From: Candidatus Heimdallarchaeota archaeon
Lineage (GTDB): Archaea; Asgardarchaeota; Heimdallarchaeia; Heimdallarchaeales; Kariarchaeaceae
DNA: 13,358 nucleotides
Direction of reading: 5' to 3'
Assembly (NCBI GenBank): GCA_015523565.1
Contig: WAKA01000227.1
Coordinates: 1 to 13,358 of the forward strand
Shown: in pieces, positions 1 through 8,184 of the stretch
How positions within the stretch are numbered: position 1 is the first letter of the stretch
Layout of the letters: every line of letters starts with the position of its first letter
The notes under the pieces: generated by a model
What the model was told of the DNA's origin: nothing
What the model saw: the letters and a program-made list of their open reading frames with translations, nothing else
Database searches by the model: none
Program-made: the position numbers and the translations under genes

Positions 1-1032
1 ATTGCATATCTTATTGCAGGAGGTGTTCTTTTCACCACCTATCGCAAATATAGGTATGTAGGTCATCTTTGGATGTTTTTGGCATTTACTGCTCTTTTCT
101 CACACTATCTTTTCAGGATACTCGCAGTGGTCGTTCCTGAAGACCAGACAAAAGAAGTTTGGTTTTATCAAAATATTACGATAATGCTTGGTTTATGGGG
201 ATTACTGTTGGCTTCCATTCTAAGCCAATACGATAAGTTGCCAATTCGTGCAAATTGGATCTCATTGCTTGTTGGGCTTCTAATTGGGCTGTTTTCAAAT
301 CCAAACAACGTAACTTTAAGTTATGATGAATTGGGACTTAATGCAAAATACTCCCCCATTATTGGTCTTTTCTCAATCATTCTCACGCTCATATTTTTGA
401 TATTCATTAATAGGCCACTATTGATCAGGATAAGGAAAAATCCAGAAAGCATTCGAGAACCTTATTTTATCACTCTTTCCCTTGCCTATATCCTCATTGT
501 CCTTTGGGCAATTGGTGTTGCATTTACGGGTTATTCTTTTGTGCGTAATTTTAGACCATTGGCTTTTGGTTTTGCTCTTCTTTTTTGGGGAATCTCAATT
601 TACCTTAATCCACTTAGTCTTTCTTTAACCTCCACAAAGATCAAAAGCTTCATAATCGCAACCCATTCAGGTCTTCCAATAATCTCTTTGGATACCACAA
701 ATGATATGGAAACGGACGTAACCCTCCTAATGCCACTTATCAGTGCCGTAAAAGCGTCTATGGAAACTTTTGTGAAATCTGAAGGTGACCTTTCAACAAT
801 TGACTTCGAAAATTCACTTTTGGCTTTCATTAAAGGGAAAAAAGTTTTGCTGATTATGGAATTGCATGGTAACTTCTCATCAAACATAGAGTTAATGGGA
901 AAGGTTTATCTCAATGAATTTGAGGAAAAATATGCGGAGGTTTTCAAAGCCATTGGACAAGTTGTTGAACCCGACCTCTTTCATGAAGAAAACAAAAGAA
1001 TATTCCAGATGATCAAGTCAATTGCTCTTTAA
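1..1032 (+). CDS. Multipass (about 7 TM) membrane protein with C-terminal longin/roadblock-like domain; 5'-truncated by the window edge
   Basis: Frame 1 is open from base 1 (IAYLIAGGVLFTTYRKYRYVGHLW before the ATG at 73), so the start probably lies upstream. There are seven hydrophobic segments. The soluble tail from ~637 (IKSFIIATHSGLPIIS...LLMPLISAVKASME...LLAFIKGKKVLLIMEL...YLNEFEEKY...DLF) follows the beta-beta-alpha-beta-beta-beta-alpha-alpha pattern of Asgard longin-like domains. The domain call is by eye. Confidence 0.7.
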   Translation: MAYLIAGGVLFTTYRKYRYVGHLWMFLAFTALFSHYLFRILAVVVPEDQTKEVWFYQNITIMLGLWGLLLASILSQYDKLPIRANWISLLVGLLIGLFSNPNNVTLSYDELGLNAKYSPIIGLFSIILTLIFLIFINRPLLIRIRKNPESIREPYFITLSLAYILIVLWAIGVAFTGYSFVRNFRPLAFGFALLFWGISIYLNPLSLSLTSTKIKSFIIATHSGLPIISLDTTNDMETDVTLLMPLISAVKASMETFVKSEGDLSTIDFENSLLAFIKGKKVLLIMELHGNFSSNIELMGKVYLNEFEEKYAEVFKAIGQVVEPDLFHEENKRIFQMIKSIAL

Positions 1033-1043
1033 CAGCATGGCAT

Positions 1044-1304
1044 TTACTGAAATTCCCCAATGATTTGTAATGCTTCAATTGTCATAGCGACCTGCAATCC
1101 CGATTCTGTAAGACTTACTTGCCCGTTCGTGATCTCTGCCAATCCCAACTCAACCAATTCTTTCCATTCATTTGTTCCATCAAGTTCTGTCTCCTGTTCC
1201 CCAGTCAACAATCTTCTTAGTAAACTCCTGATTTTTCCATCTGTCAGAAAATCGACAACTGTGTCTATAACACAAAATTCACTTGTTTCCAATTTTGTTC
1301 TCAA
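1044..1304 (-). CDS. Small winged-helix protein, degenerate HxlR-like
   Basis: CVIDTVVDFL...LLRRLLTG...KELVELGLAE...SLTESGLQVAMTIEAL...G aligns by eye with the HxlR pattern (C..E.ALD....LL.G...LRELE..GLV...YSLTE.G..L....AL..WG). TTG start 21 bp after the protease stop. Confidence 0.6.
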   Translation of the reverse strand: MRTKLETSEFCVIDTVVDFLTDGKIRSLLRRLLTGEQETELDGTNEWKELVELGLAEITNGQVSLTESGLQVAMTIEALQIIGEFQ

Positions 1305-1325
1305 TAAATTTTGTATTTTTCAAGT

Positions 1326-3791
1326 TTATATCTGTTTACGAACATGCAACTTTCGCACCGCGATAGCTACTAACGCCATAAATATTGGTATGAGTGAAAT
1401 TGGTGCTGGTGCACTTTCTGATGTTTCATTGGGCGGTGTGTGTGTCTGTGATAATGATGGATTCGATGTGTTGCTTGACATATCCGTTGATGTTTCACTT
1501 GTCGAGGCAGGTGTGGATGTGATTGCAGGCATTGTTGACAAGTCAATTGCAATTTCTGACACTTCCCATGTATTCACGTCTTGTGTCACTATCATTCCAT
1601 CAGTTGTTCTTGTCACAATCACTGAAACCTTGACCCAACCTAGTGTAATATTGCTTAAATCTGCCAAACTTCCATTATAATAGATTTTGCCAGTGTCTTG
1701 GTCAACAATTGTCAGAATGTAGTCTGTGGCATTGCCATTTGAGACCGTTATCGGCAGGGAAATGTCAAATGTGTAGTTCCTTAATTCATCCAGCCAACCT
1801 CGAACAGTGTATGCCATCTCAAAAAAGTCCATTGGCTTTACATGGAGGTAATCAAGAAGATACGATGGAACGTTTGATTCCTGCCACATTCCAAATACCA
1901 ATGAATAATTCCACATTACCCCATCTACCAAATCCACCAGTTGTTTCACGTGTGATGGCACATAATTTGTCGATTGCTTGATTCCCACAATTATATTTTC
2001 AAAATCCTGTTGGATGTCCCTTGACATTTTGGGGAAAATGCCTCGGTAATATGTATACATGTCCATAATGGATATATCACTGTAATGATGCGCATAGGAC
2101 ATCTGTGTATAGCTTAAATCCCAAGTCCAATCAAAGATCTCCCCGTATCCCAACTGCTCATATTGCTGCCAACTGAACCCATCGTGGGGATGGGAAAGAC
2201 CGAATGCATGTCCTGTCTCGTGCATTACCACAAAGGTAAATCCAAAAGACCTGTCCTCGAAGGAATCTATTTGCCAATCTACAGTTGCCGTATTTGCCCC
2301 TGCATTTTCAATCACCCAATAATAATTCTGGTAGACACTCGTTGTGTAATTGAACTCAAGTGATGTTACCCCTGAATAACTCATTATAGGTGTAAAATTC
2401 CCTCCACTTACATATTTCTCATACTCAAACGGATTCAAAAGATAAACGTTCACGGGTTGATCACTGTTGACGGTGGTTCGCAAAATGTTATTTGTATATC
2501 CGAATGAACTGTTGAAATATACATACGCCCCTGATGGAAGGGTTGTTTGTGTTGTCAACCATGGCTCAAGGTCAGGTGTAGGGTCACTCCATCTTTCATT
2601 GGCTGCGGCAACAACAAATGAAAAATTTTGCCCCTCATTGTCCGCCAACCCAAGAAATGCATCAAAAAGCCAATCATCTGGAAATCCAAACAAAAACACT
2701 GGTATTATCAAGTTTTCCTTGGTTGAACTATTGAACATTGTTGGTTTGATGCTCTCCAAATAACTGAGGATGTTCCATGAATCATATGAATGGTCTGTCG
2801 TATTCTTGGAACTTGCAAGTATGTTCATGAATGTACTGTCATTTTGGTAATCCCAGGTCCTTATGCTTGTTTGCCATGTCGCATAGGGATTCAATTGGGA
2901 ATATTGTTCCAACAGATAGGTTGTGTTCAATTTTGAAAGAAAGTCATAGTTTCCATTTGTAAGGTCAACTAAGACAAAATCAAAAGTGACTGTGTCATAC
3001 CCATAAATCGGTGAATAAATCCATGAAGGGATAAACCTTAATTCGATTGCCCTTTGCAAATGGTCAACCATGGCATCCATAAGACTTGTTTCATTCATTT
3101 GCGTAATGTGGGGAAACACATCACCCCGATAGTTTGTCGGACCTGCCGAAAAGTCAAACCAGAGAAGGGGTGCCTTGTGCCCTCCTCCAGATACCTGATA
3201 GGTCGCCCCATATGGTCTTGGATTGGAATACCCGTCAATGTCAAATGAAGATGCATTATAGTAATAATATTCAAAACCTGTGGGATCAGGGGTATATGTG
3301 TCAATAAAAACCATTGTCGGGTTTTGTATCCCCTCTCCGACCAGATAATCTTCCACTGGGTCTGATGGCACGTACCTTGCACTTTCTGAAAGATTTCCCA
3401 AGTAAAGCGGTGCCATTCCTACATTTGACCAATTATATATCTGATTCCTGAACTCTAGTATTTCACTGCTATTGAAATACCTGACATTATAAACCAAGGT
3501 GTAATTCACGTCAAAAACTGGCGAGGAACTGAAGAATGTCGGATATCTTTCAACTGGTGCATACCATTTGGGCAACCTCTGAAGAAAAGCATTTGTGTCC
3601 AAGTTCTGTGACATCATGAACCAAATGTCAATCTGAAAGGTGTAAGAATCATTCACGGATGGAATGGTGTCCACTAAATCATCAACATATGTCACGTTTT
3701 GTTGATGTTCCGCATTGGTAACTGAAACTGGAAAACTAGCAGTAACCAATATCCCACAAAACAATAACATTGCAACATTTCTTATGTGCAT
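1326..3791 (-). CDS. Secreted, cell-surface-anchored zinc metalloprotease (metzincin-type HExxHxxGxxH)
   Basis: Signal peptide MHIRNVAMLLFCGILVTASFPVSVTNA. HETGHAFGLSH at 2222-2190, followed by Met-turn-like TQMSY. Many N-x-S/T sequons, a Ser/Thr/Pro-rich linker, and a C-terminal P-hydrophobic helix-basic tail (APISLIPIFMALVAIAVRKLHVRKQI). Start moved from 3815 to 3791 because the 3815 ATG overlaps the TATA box. Confidence 0.85.
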   Translation of the reverse strand: MHIRNVAMLLFCGILVTASFPVSVTNAEHQQNVTYVDDLVDTIPSVNDSYTFQIDIWFMMSQNLDTNAFLQRLPKWYAPVERYPTFFSSSPVFDVNYTLVYNVRYFNSSEILEFRNQIYNWSNVGMAPLYLGNLSESARYVPSDPVEDYLVGEGIQNPTMVFIDTYTPDPTGFEYYYYNASSFDIDGYSNPRPYGATYQVSGGGHKAPLLWFDFSAGPTNYRGDVFPHITQMNETSLMDAMVDHLQRAIELRFIPSWIYSPIYGYDTVTFDFVLVDLTNGNYDFLSKLNTTYLLEQYSQLNPYATWQTSIRTWDYQNDSTFMNILASSKNTTDHSYDSWNILSYLESIKPTMFNSSTKENLIIPVFLFGFPDDWLFDAFLGLADNEGQNFSFVVAAANERWSDPTPDLEPWLTTQTTLPSGAYVYFNSSFGYTNNILRTTVNSDQPVNVYLLNPFEYEKYVSGGNFTPIMSYSGVTSLEFNYTTSVYQNYYWVIENAGANTATVDWQIDSFEDRSFGFTFVVMHETGHAFGLSHPHDGFSWQQYEQLGYGEIFDWTWDLSYTQMSYAHHYSDISIMDMYTYYRGIFPKMSRDIQQDFENIIVGIKQSTNYVPSHVKQLVDLVDGVMWNYSLVFGMWQESNVPSYLLDYLHVKPMDFFEMAYTVRGWLDELRNYTFDISLPITVSNGNATDYILTIVDQDTGKIYYNGSLADLSNITLGWVKVSVIVTRTTDGMIVTQDVNTWEVSEIAIDLSTMPAITSTPASTSETSTDMSSNTSNPSLSQTHTPPNETSESAPAPISLIPIFMALVAIAVRKLHVRKQI

Positions 3792-3814
3792 GGCAAAACA
3801 AAGGTAAAAACACA

Positions 3815-3820
3815 TATAAA
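3815..3820 (-). promoter_or_regulatory. Archaeal TATA box (TTTATA) for the protease
   Basis: TTTATA begins 29 nt upstream of ATG 3791, with purine-rich AAAAGG (BRE-like) a few bases further upstream. Confidence 0.6.
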
Positions 3821-3886
3821 TGCACCTTTTTTGAGACTGCGATTATTCAGGGAGTGCAGGTATTCTTTGCGATAATCTTCTAAATG

Positions 3887-3893
3887 TTATTAA
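3887..3893 (+). promoter_or_regulatory. TATA-like box (TTATTAA) for the sulfotransferase
   Basis: Begins 29 nt upstream of GTG 3916, the same spacing as other unit-leading genes in the window. Confidence 0.45.
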
Positions 3894-3915
3894 GTGCAAT
3901 GCTCTATCCCATATT

Positions 3916-4950
3916 GTGAAACAGCCTGTCCCACTTTTTCTTCTTGGTGCCCATAAGTCAGGGACTACGTTGCTCAAGAGCCTTTTTGACGGTCATCCAG
4001 ACATGTTTGCCATTCCGTTTGAATCTGAACTGATGAAATGGATTGGACAGTGGATATACTACCCGCTGAAGCGCCAATTTCCTACTGCAAAAAGTATCCC
4101 TGAAATGAAAGAGGCTTTAGTCAACTATGTGAAACACACCAATACAATGGACAGGGATGAAATGGGGGGAACTGGCAATATGGATCTGATGGGACGATTC
4201 AATCTTGCCCTCTTCCAGGAATTCCTGAAAAAGACACATGAATCCCTCAATGGAATGATCATGGATTACTTTGTCTCTGTCTTTCATTCATTGATGGGTG
4301 ACATCTCCTTTGACAAGCAATATATTGTCGAAAAGACAGTGGGAAACTCTGAATATGCCATGTTCCTAAAACAACTCTTTCCCGATGCCAAGTTCATCCA
4401 TTTGGTCAGAAACCCCTACGCAAACCTCGTCTCATTGAGAAGGTATTCCTCAAGACGATTGGGTCATTACCCACCTATTTATCCTGCCATTGACGGATTG
4501 GAATACACATATTATATGCTCCACAAAAATGAGCAATTGTTAGGTCAGGACTATTATGTCCTAAAATATGAGGATCTGGTTGAAAACCCCGAAGGGACAA
4601 TGAAAAAAATTGCGGCATTTCTGCGTGTTGATTATACCCAGTCAATGACTGAACCAAGCACTTTAGGTGAACCGTGGGTTGGCAACAGCAGTACTGGTGA
4701 AAAATTTTCTGGCATCTCAACAGCAACATTGGAACGATGGAAAAACGAAATCCTTCCCTTGGAGATAGAATGGGTCAATCTCCGCCTCCCCTTCATACTT
4801 GAACGATTTGGGTATGAACGTCTTTCCTCTTCCAAAAAAACACGAAAGAGGAACAAGGGTGAGCCAATCAAGGTCTACCTGATAAACAGACTTGCATACA
4901 GATTGGATCGCATAAAATACGGGTCTCTCTCACGTGGCTATGTCCATTGA
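3916..4950 (+). CDS. PAPS-dependent sulfotransferase (Sulfotransfer_3-like)
   Basis: 5'-PSB loop LLGAHKSGTTLL then FDGHP; VEKT; 3'-PB motif FIHLVRNPYANLVS; LKYEDLVENPE; ERWK. No signal peptide. Confidence 0.9.
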   Translation: MKQPVPLFLLGAHKSGTTLLKSLFDGHPDMFAIPFESELMKWIGQWIYYPLKRQFPTAKSIPEMKEALVNYVKHTNTMDRDEMGGTGNMDLMGRFNLALFQEFLKKTHESLNGMIMDYFVSVFHSLMGDISFDKQYIVEKTVGNSEYAMFLKQLFPDAKFIHLVRNPYANLVSLRRYSSRRLGHYPPIYPAIDGLEYTYYMLHKNEQLLGQDYYVLKYEDLVENPEGTMKKIAAFLRVDYTQSMTEPSTLGEPWVGNSSTGEKFSGISTATLERWKNEILPLEIEWVNLRLPFILERFGYERLSSSKKTRKRNKGEPIKVYLINRLAYRLDRIKYGSLSRGYVH

Positions 4951-5553
4951 CGCACTCAGCTCATACCCTTTTTTGAATGCCTCCAAATTCTTTTCACGGA
5001 ATCTTGCAGGAGAATCATGAACTAGGCTCTCCTCGAACAATTCGGGTGTTATCTCAAGCAACGTGTGTTCCTCTGCCTCTTCAGGATTGCTTGTCCCAAT
5101 TCCCTTTGTGATATAATTGCCTTCCAAATCCAAAAGTTCAGAGATAAATCCCAGCGCAACAACATTCATCACATTCTCTGACCCTATCTGCAAAGCTACC
5201 TTGCTGAACGGAAGCCTATAAATTCGGTCATGTGACATGTCTGAGGTGTCCACTTGGCTGTCATCGACAAGCACAAGTGTGTTTCCCCCGATAATGCCCT
5301 TGTATTCATCCCATGCCCTTTGTGCGAATATCACCAAAATATCTGGTTCATTCTCGATAAATGGATAGACTATCTCCTCATCATCTTTTGCAATTGTCAA
5401 ATCTGCAACTGTCAATCCTCCCTTTGTTGAAGGTTCATATTTGACTGCCTGTGACACATTCAGGTCTGCTGAAAATGCGGCATGCGCCAAAAGTTTTCCT
5501 GCGAACTGCACGCCCTGTCCTCCAATGCCTGCTATTTTTATTTGTATTACCAT
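4930..5553 (-). CDS. korC: 2-oxoacid:ferredoxin oxidoreductase gamma subunit
   Basis: IKIAGIGGQGVQFAGKLLA, NVVALG, NLEAFKKGY. Start set at ATG 5553, which follows GGAGAGGTGA (SD) and lies 4 nt after the korB stop. Confidence 0.9.
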   Translation of the reverse strand: MVIQIKIAGIGGQGVQFAGKLLAHAAFSADLNVSQAVKYEPSTKGGLTVADLTIAKDDEEIVYPFIENEPDILVIFAQRAWDEYKGIIGGNTLVLVDDSQVDTSDMSHDRIYRLPFSKVALQIGSENVMNVVALGFISELLDLEGNYITKGIGTSNPEEAEEHTLLEITPELFEESLVHDSPARFREKNLEAFKKGYELSASMDIAT

Positions 5554-5557
5554 CTCT

Positions 5558-6379
5558 TCACCTCTCCTGTCTCCTAAATATGCCAACGGGTATCCTTATA
5601 TAACCTACAGAACTGTCAAAGTGGATCCTGGTGTTCTCTGGTAAAAGGTAGGTGCCATTCTCATCAGGAACAATCTCTTTTGATGCTTCCAACAAGTTCT
5701 TTACCATATATTCACCTGTTGGATAACCATTCCGCTTGCCATAGATTGCAGGACATCCGCTGACCAAGTCAATGAATGCAACCCCTTCTGTCTTGATGGC
5801 TTCACTTATCACCCTTGGAAGGATCTTGTAGTGGGCAGATGTGTATCTTGCCACAAAATCTGCACCTGCACCCAATGCCAAATCGACCAAGTTGAATGGT
5901 GGGTCATTCTCTCCAACCGTTGTCGGTGTTCTTGTCTTCTCGAATGACGTGGGTGATGCCTGTCCGCCAGTCAGCCCGTAGGTGGAATTGTTATTGCAGA
6001 TAATTGTCATGTCAATGTTCCGTCGGCAGGCATGGATGAAGTGGTTTCCCCCTATCGCAAAAAGATCACCGTCACCAGAAAAGACTATGACCTCTAAATC
6101 TGGATTTCCAAGCTTAACTCCAGTTGCAAATGGAATGGCTCGACCATGTGTCGTATGGAACCCATCCGCTTCCACATAACCTGAGGCTCTGCCTGTACAC
6201 CCTATCCCCGACACAAACACCACTTCCCTATCCAAATCAAGTCCCGTCCTGAGTATCCCTCGAATAATGCTCTGAAGGTTTGTCCCTAAACTGCACCCGC
6301 TGCACCAAATGTGCGGCAACATTTTTGATGTCAATGAATCTTCCAAATTATGTCCAATCTTGCTGAAATCAATCATCAT
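5558..6379 (-). CDS. korB: 2-oxoacid:ferredoxin oxidoreductase beta subunit (TPP-binding)
   Basis: WCSGC, SGIGC, HTTHGRA, GDGD...GGNH, NNSTYGLTGGQASPT, GCP. GGAGGT SD, and an ATGA overlap with the korA stop. Confidence 0.95.
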   Translation of the reverse strand: MMIDFSKIGHNLEDSLTSKMLPHIWCSGCSLGTNLQSIIRGILRTGLDLDREVVFVSGIGCTGRASGYVEADGFHTTHGRAIPFATGVKLGNPDLEVIVFSGDGDLFAIGGNHFIHACRRNIDMTIICNNNSTYGLTGGQASPTSFEKTRTPTTVGENDPPFNLVDLALGAGADFVARYTSAHYKILPRVISEAIKTEGVAFIDLVSGCPAIYGKRNGYPTGEYMVKNLLEASKEIVPDENGTYLLPENTRIHFDSSVGYIRIPVGIFRRQER

Positions 6380-7533
6380 TTTCCTTTACCTCCTATTTCC
6401 TTGACTTTTTCAATAATCCTGCTTGGTGGAGGAATTTCTCCCCTGTAGTAGGGCAAGTGGTGAACTTCTCTTCTCAAAAACCTCTCAACTGGCCAAATCA
6501 GTTGCCCTTGGGACATTTCTGTCACTAGAACCTCTTTCCCTTTGGTCTTCTCCCTCAATGCTTCATCAGGGAATGGCCAAATCGTCCGTAACCGAAATAG
6601 TCCTGCCTGTATTCCCTCCTTTCTTAACAAGTTGATCGCATGCTTTGCGGATCTTGCGGTGCTCCCATAAGCGACAACCACAACATCTGCATCTTCAACC
6701 TGATAGCTCTCTGGCTCTGGAAGCAAGTGGTTGTATCTCAAAATCTTTTCTCTTTGCCGCCTCAACAGTTTCTCATAAGTGTCTGCTGATAAATCCACAT
6801 GCCCTGAAGGATCATGGCTCAGCCCCGTGGCAAATGCTTTCTTCTCTTCCCCAAAACAGTTCATCGGTGGAACAAATTCTGGAGATATTGTTTCGCCCTT
6901 CCAAACAATTGGTTCTGCATTTGGCTTGGCTCGATCCACGATTTCCAGCTTCTCAGGAATGATATACCTTTCCTTCAATGTCGACAGCACTTGGTCGGAC
7001 AAGACAAATACTGGTGTTCGCAATGCCTCGCTTGCGTTGAATGCCTCAACAGTCAAGTCAAAACACTCCTGCACTGATGATGGGGCAAATGTCGGAATGA
7101 GATAGTCTCCATGTGAGCCAAAATGTGCCTGCATCAATTCCTGTTGTCCTGGAAATGTGGGCAATCCTGTTGACGGTCCCCCTCTCATAATGTTTGCAAG
7201 CACAATCGGTGTCTCTGTAAATGCCGCCAATCCAATCCCCTCCTGCATGAGGGAAAATCCTGGTCCCGATGTGGCTGTCATTGCCTTTTTTCTCGTCCAA
7301 GAGCATCCGATGGTGGCAATTATGGATGCAAGTTCATCCTCTGCTTGGAAAAACCTTCCACCAACTTTTGGCAAACGACTGGCAATATGTTCCATCACTG
7401 TTGAGCTGGGGGTTATTGGATAGCCAAAATACCCATGGAGACCTGCGGCGATTGCCCCTTCTGCAATGGCGACATTTCCTGAATCCAAATGCTTTCCTGA
7501 AAGAACCCTTTTGTCATCTCTACTTTCGCTCAT
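6376..7533 (-). CDS. korA: 2-oxoacid:ferredoxin oxidoreductase alpha subunit
   Basis: GNVAIAEGA, GYPITPSS, QAEDE, TATSGPGFSLMQE, RGGPSTGLPT, IWPFP, EMSQGQ. GGAGG SD upstream. Confidence 0.95.
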   Translation of the reverse strand: MSESRDDKRVLSGKHLDSGNVAIAEGAIAAGLHGYFGYPITPSSTVMEHIASRLPKVGGRFFQAEDELASIIATIGCSWTRKKAMTATSGPGFSLMQEGIGLAAFTETPIVLANIMRGGPSTGLPTFPGQQELMQAHFGSHGDYLIPTFAPSSVQECFDLTVEAFNASEALRTPVFVLSDQVLSTLKERYIIPEKLEIVDRAKPNAEPIVWKGETISPEFVPPMNCFGEEKKAFATGLSHDPSGHVDLSADTYEKLLRRQREKILRYNHLLPEPESYQVEDADVVVVAYGSTARSAKHAINLLRKEGIQAGLFRLRTIWPFPDEALREKTKGKEVLVTEMSQGQLIWPVERFLRREVHHLPYYRGEIPPPSRIIEKVKEIGGKGK

Positions 7534-7536
7534 TTC

Positions 7537-7821
7537 CTATCCTCCTGCTGTTACATCCCTTAGATCATGTATTGAAAGCACAAAATCAGGACATGCATAA
7601 AGGCATTGTCTGCAAGCTGTACAATTCCCGTTTTCAATCGGATAGAAGTATCCCCTGTGAGTCTTCTTGTCACTCATCTCTAAGGCATTGTAGGGACAAA
7701 TGCTTACACAGATCCTGCATCCCTTGCATCTATCCCTGTCCACAACAAAAACCCTGTTTCTCTTCTTTCCAACAATAAAGACGTCAAATCTTTCATTGTG
7801 CTGCACTCGCACTTCAGACAT
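7537..7821 (-). CDS. korD: 2-oxoacid:ferredoxin oxidoreductase delta subunit (2x[4Fe-4S] ferredoxin)
   Basis: CKGCRICVSICP and CTACRQCLYACPD; first gene of a DABC-ordered operon. ATG 7821 (MSEV...) is preferred over GTG 7902, which overlaps the upstream gene. Confidence 0.9.
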   Translation of the reverse strand: MSEVRVQHNERFDVFIVGKKRNRVFVVDRDRCKGCRICVSICPYNALEMSDKKTHRGYFYPIENGNCTACRQCLYACPDFVLSIHDLRDVTAGG

Positions 7822-7844
7822 AAGAATCCCTCTAAAAAAATCCA

Positions 7845-7850
7845 TTAAAA
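7845..7850 (-). promoter_or_regulatory. TATA box (TTTTAA) for korDABC
   Basis: Begins 29 nt upstream of ATG 7821 and is preceded by GCAAAGACA (BRE-like). Confidence 0.55.
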
Positions 7851-7885
7851 TGTCTTTGCAGGAAAGGATAGAAAATATTCCCCTT

Positions 7886-8095
7886 CTATTTGTGTTTTTC
7901 ACTCAATTTGTTCAACGCCTTGTTATCGCGTTCTACATTTTCGTTGGTAAGATTCGGACCCTGAGTGATTGTATGGATCTTTTTAAGGTTTGGATTTATA
8001 GGTGTACTGCTTTTTGCATCTTTGTAAATTGCGAAAACAACAAACAAAATGAATACCCCCAAAAGTATTAGTCCCGGATAATCTGTGAGTGCCAT
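7886..8095 (-). CDS. Small single-pass membrane protein (69 aa), unknown function
   Basis: ATG start; N-terminal hydrophobic helix GLILLGVFILFVVFAIY followed by a polar, Lys/Asn-rich tail. It fills the gap between the MFS gene and korD on the same strand, with an AT-rich upstream region. Confidence 0.65.
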   Translation of the reverse strand: MALTDYPGLILLGVFILFVVFAIYKDAKSSTPINPNLKKIHTITQGPNLTNENVERDNKALNKLSEKHK

Positions 8096-8184
8096 AATCC
8101 TATTTATGCATAATATATTTATTTATTTCCCACAATAAATGGAAAAATATATTGCTCAATGGGTTTTTGAAAATGGTTTCACAA

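Noticed and set aside
1060-1680. 206-aa plus-strand ORF
   Set aside because: Antisense shadow of the protease Ser/Thr linker and the HxlR-like gene; no recognisable motifs.
5441-8071. Multiple plus-strand ORFs opposite korDABC (e.g. 7269-7778, 7700-8071, 6779-7105)
   Set aside because: They lie antisense to well-supported conserved genes and lack protein-like features.
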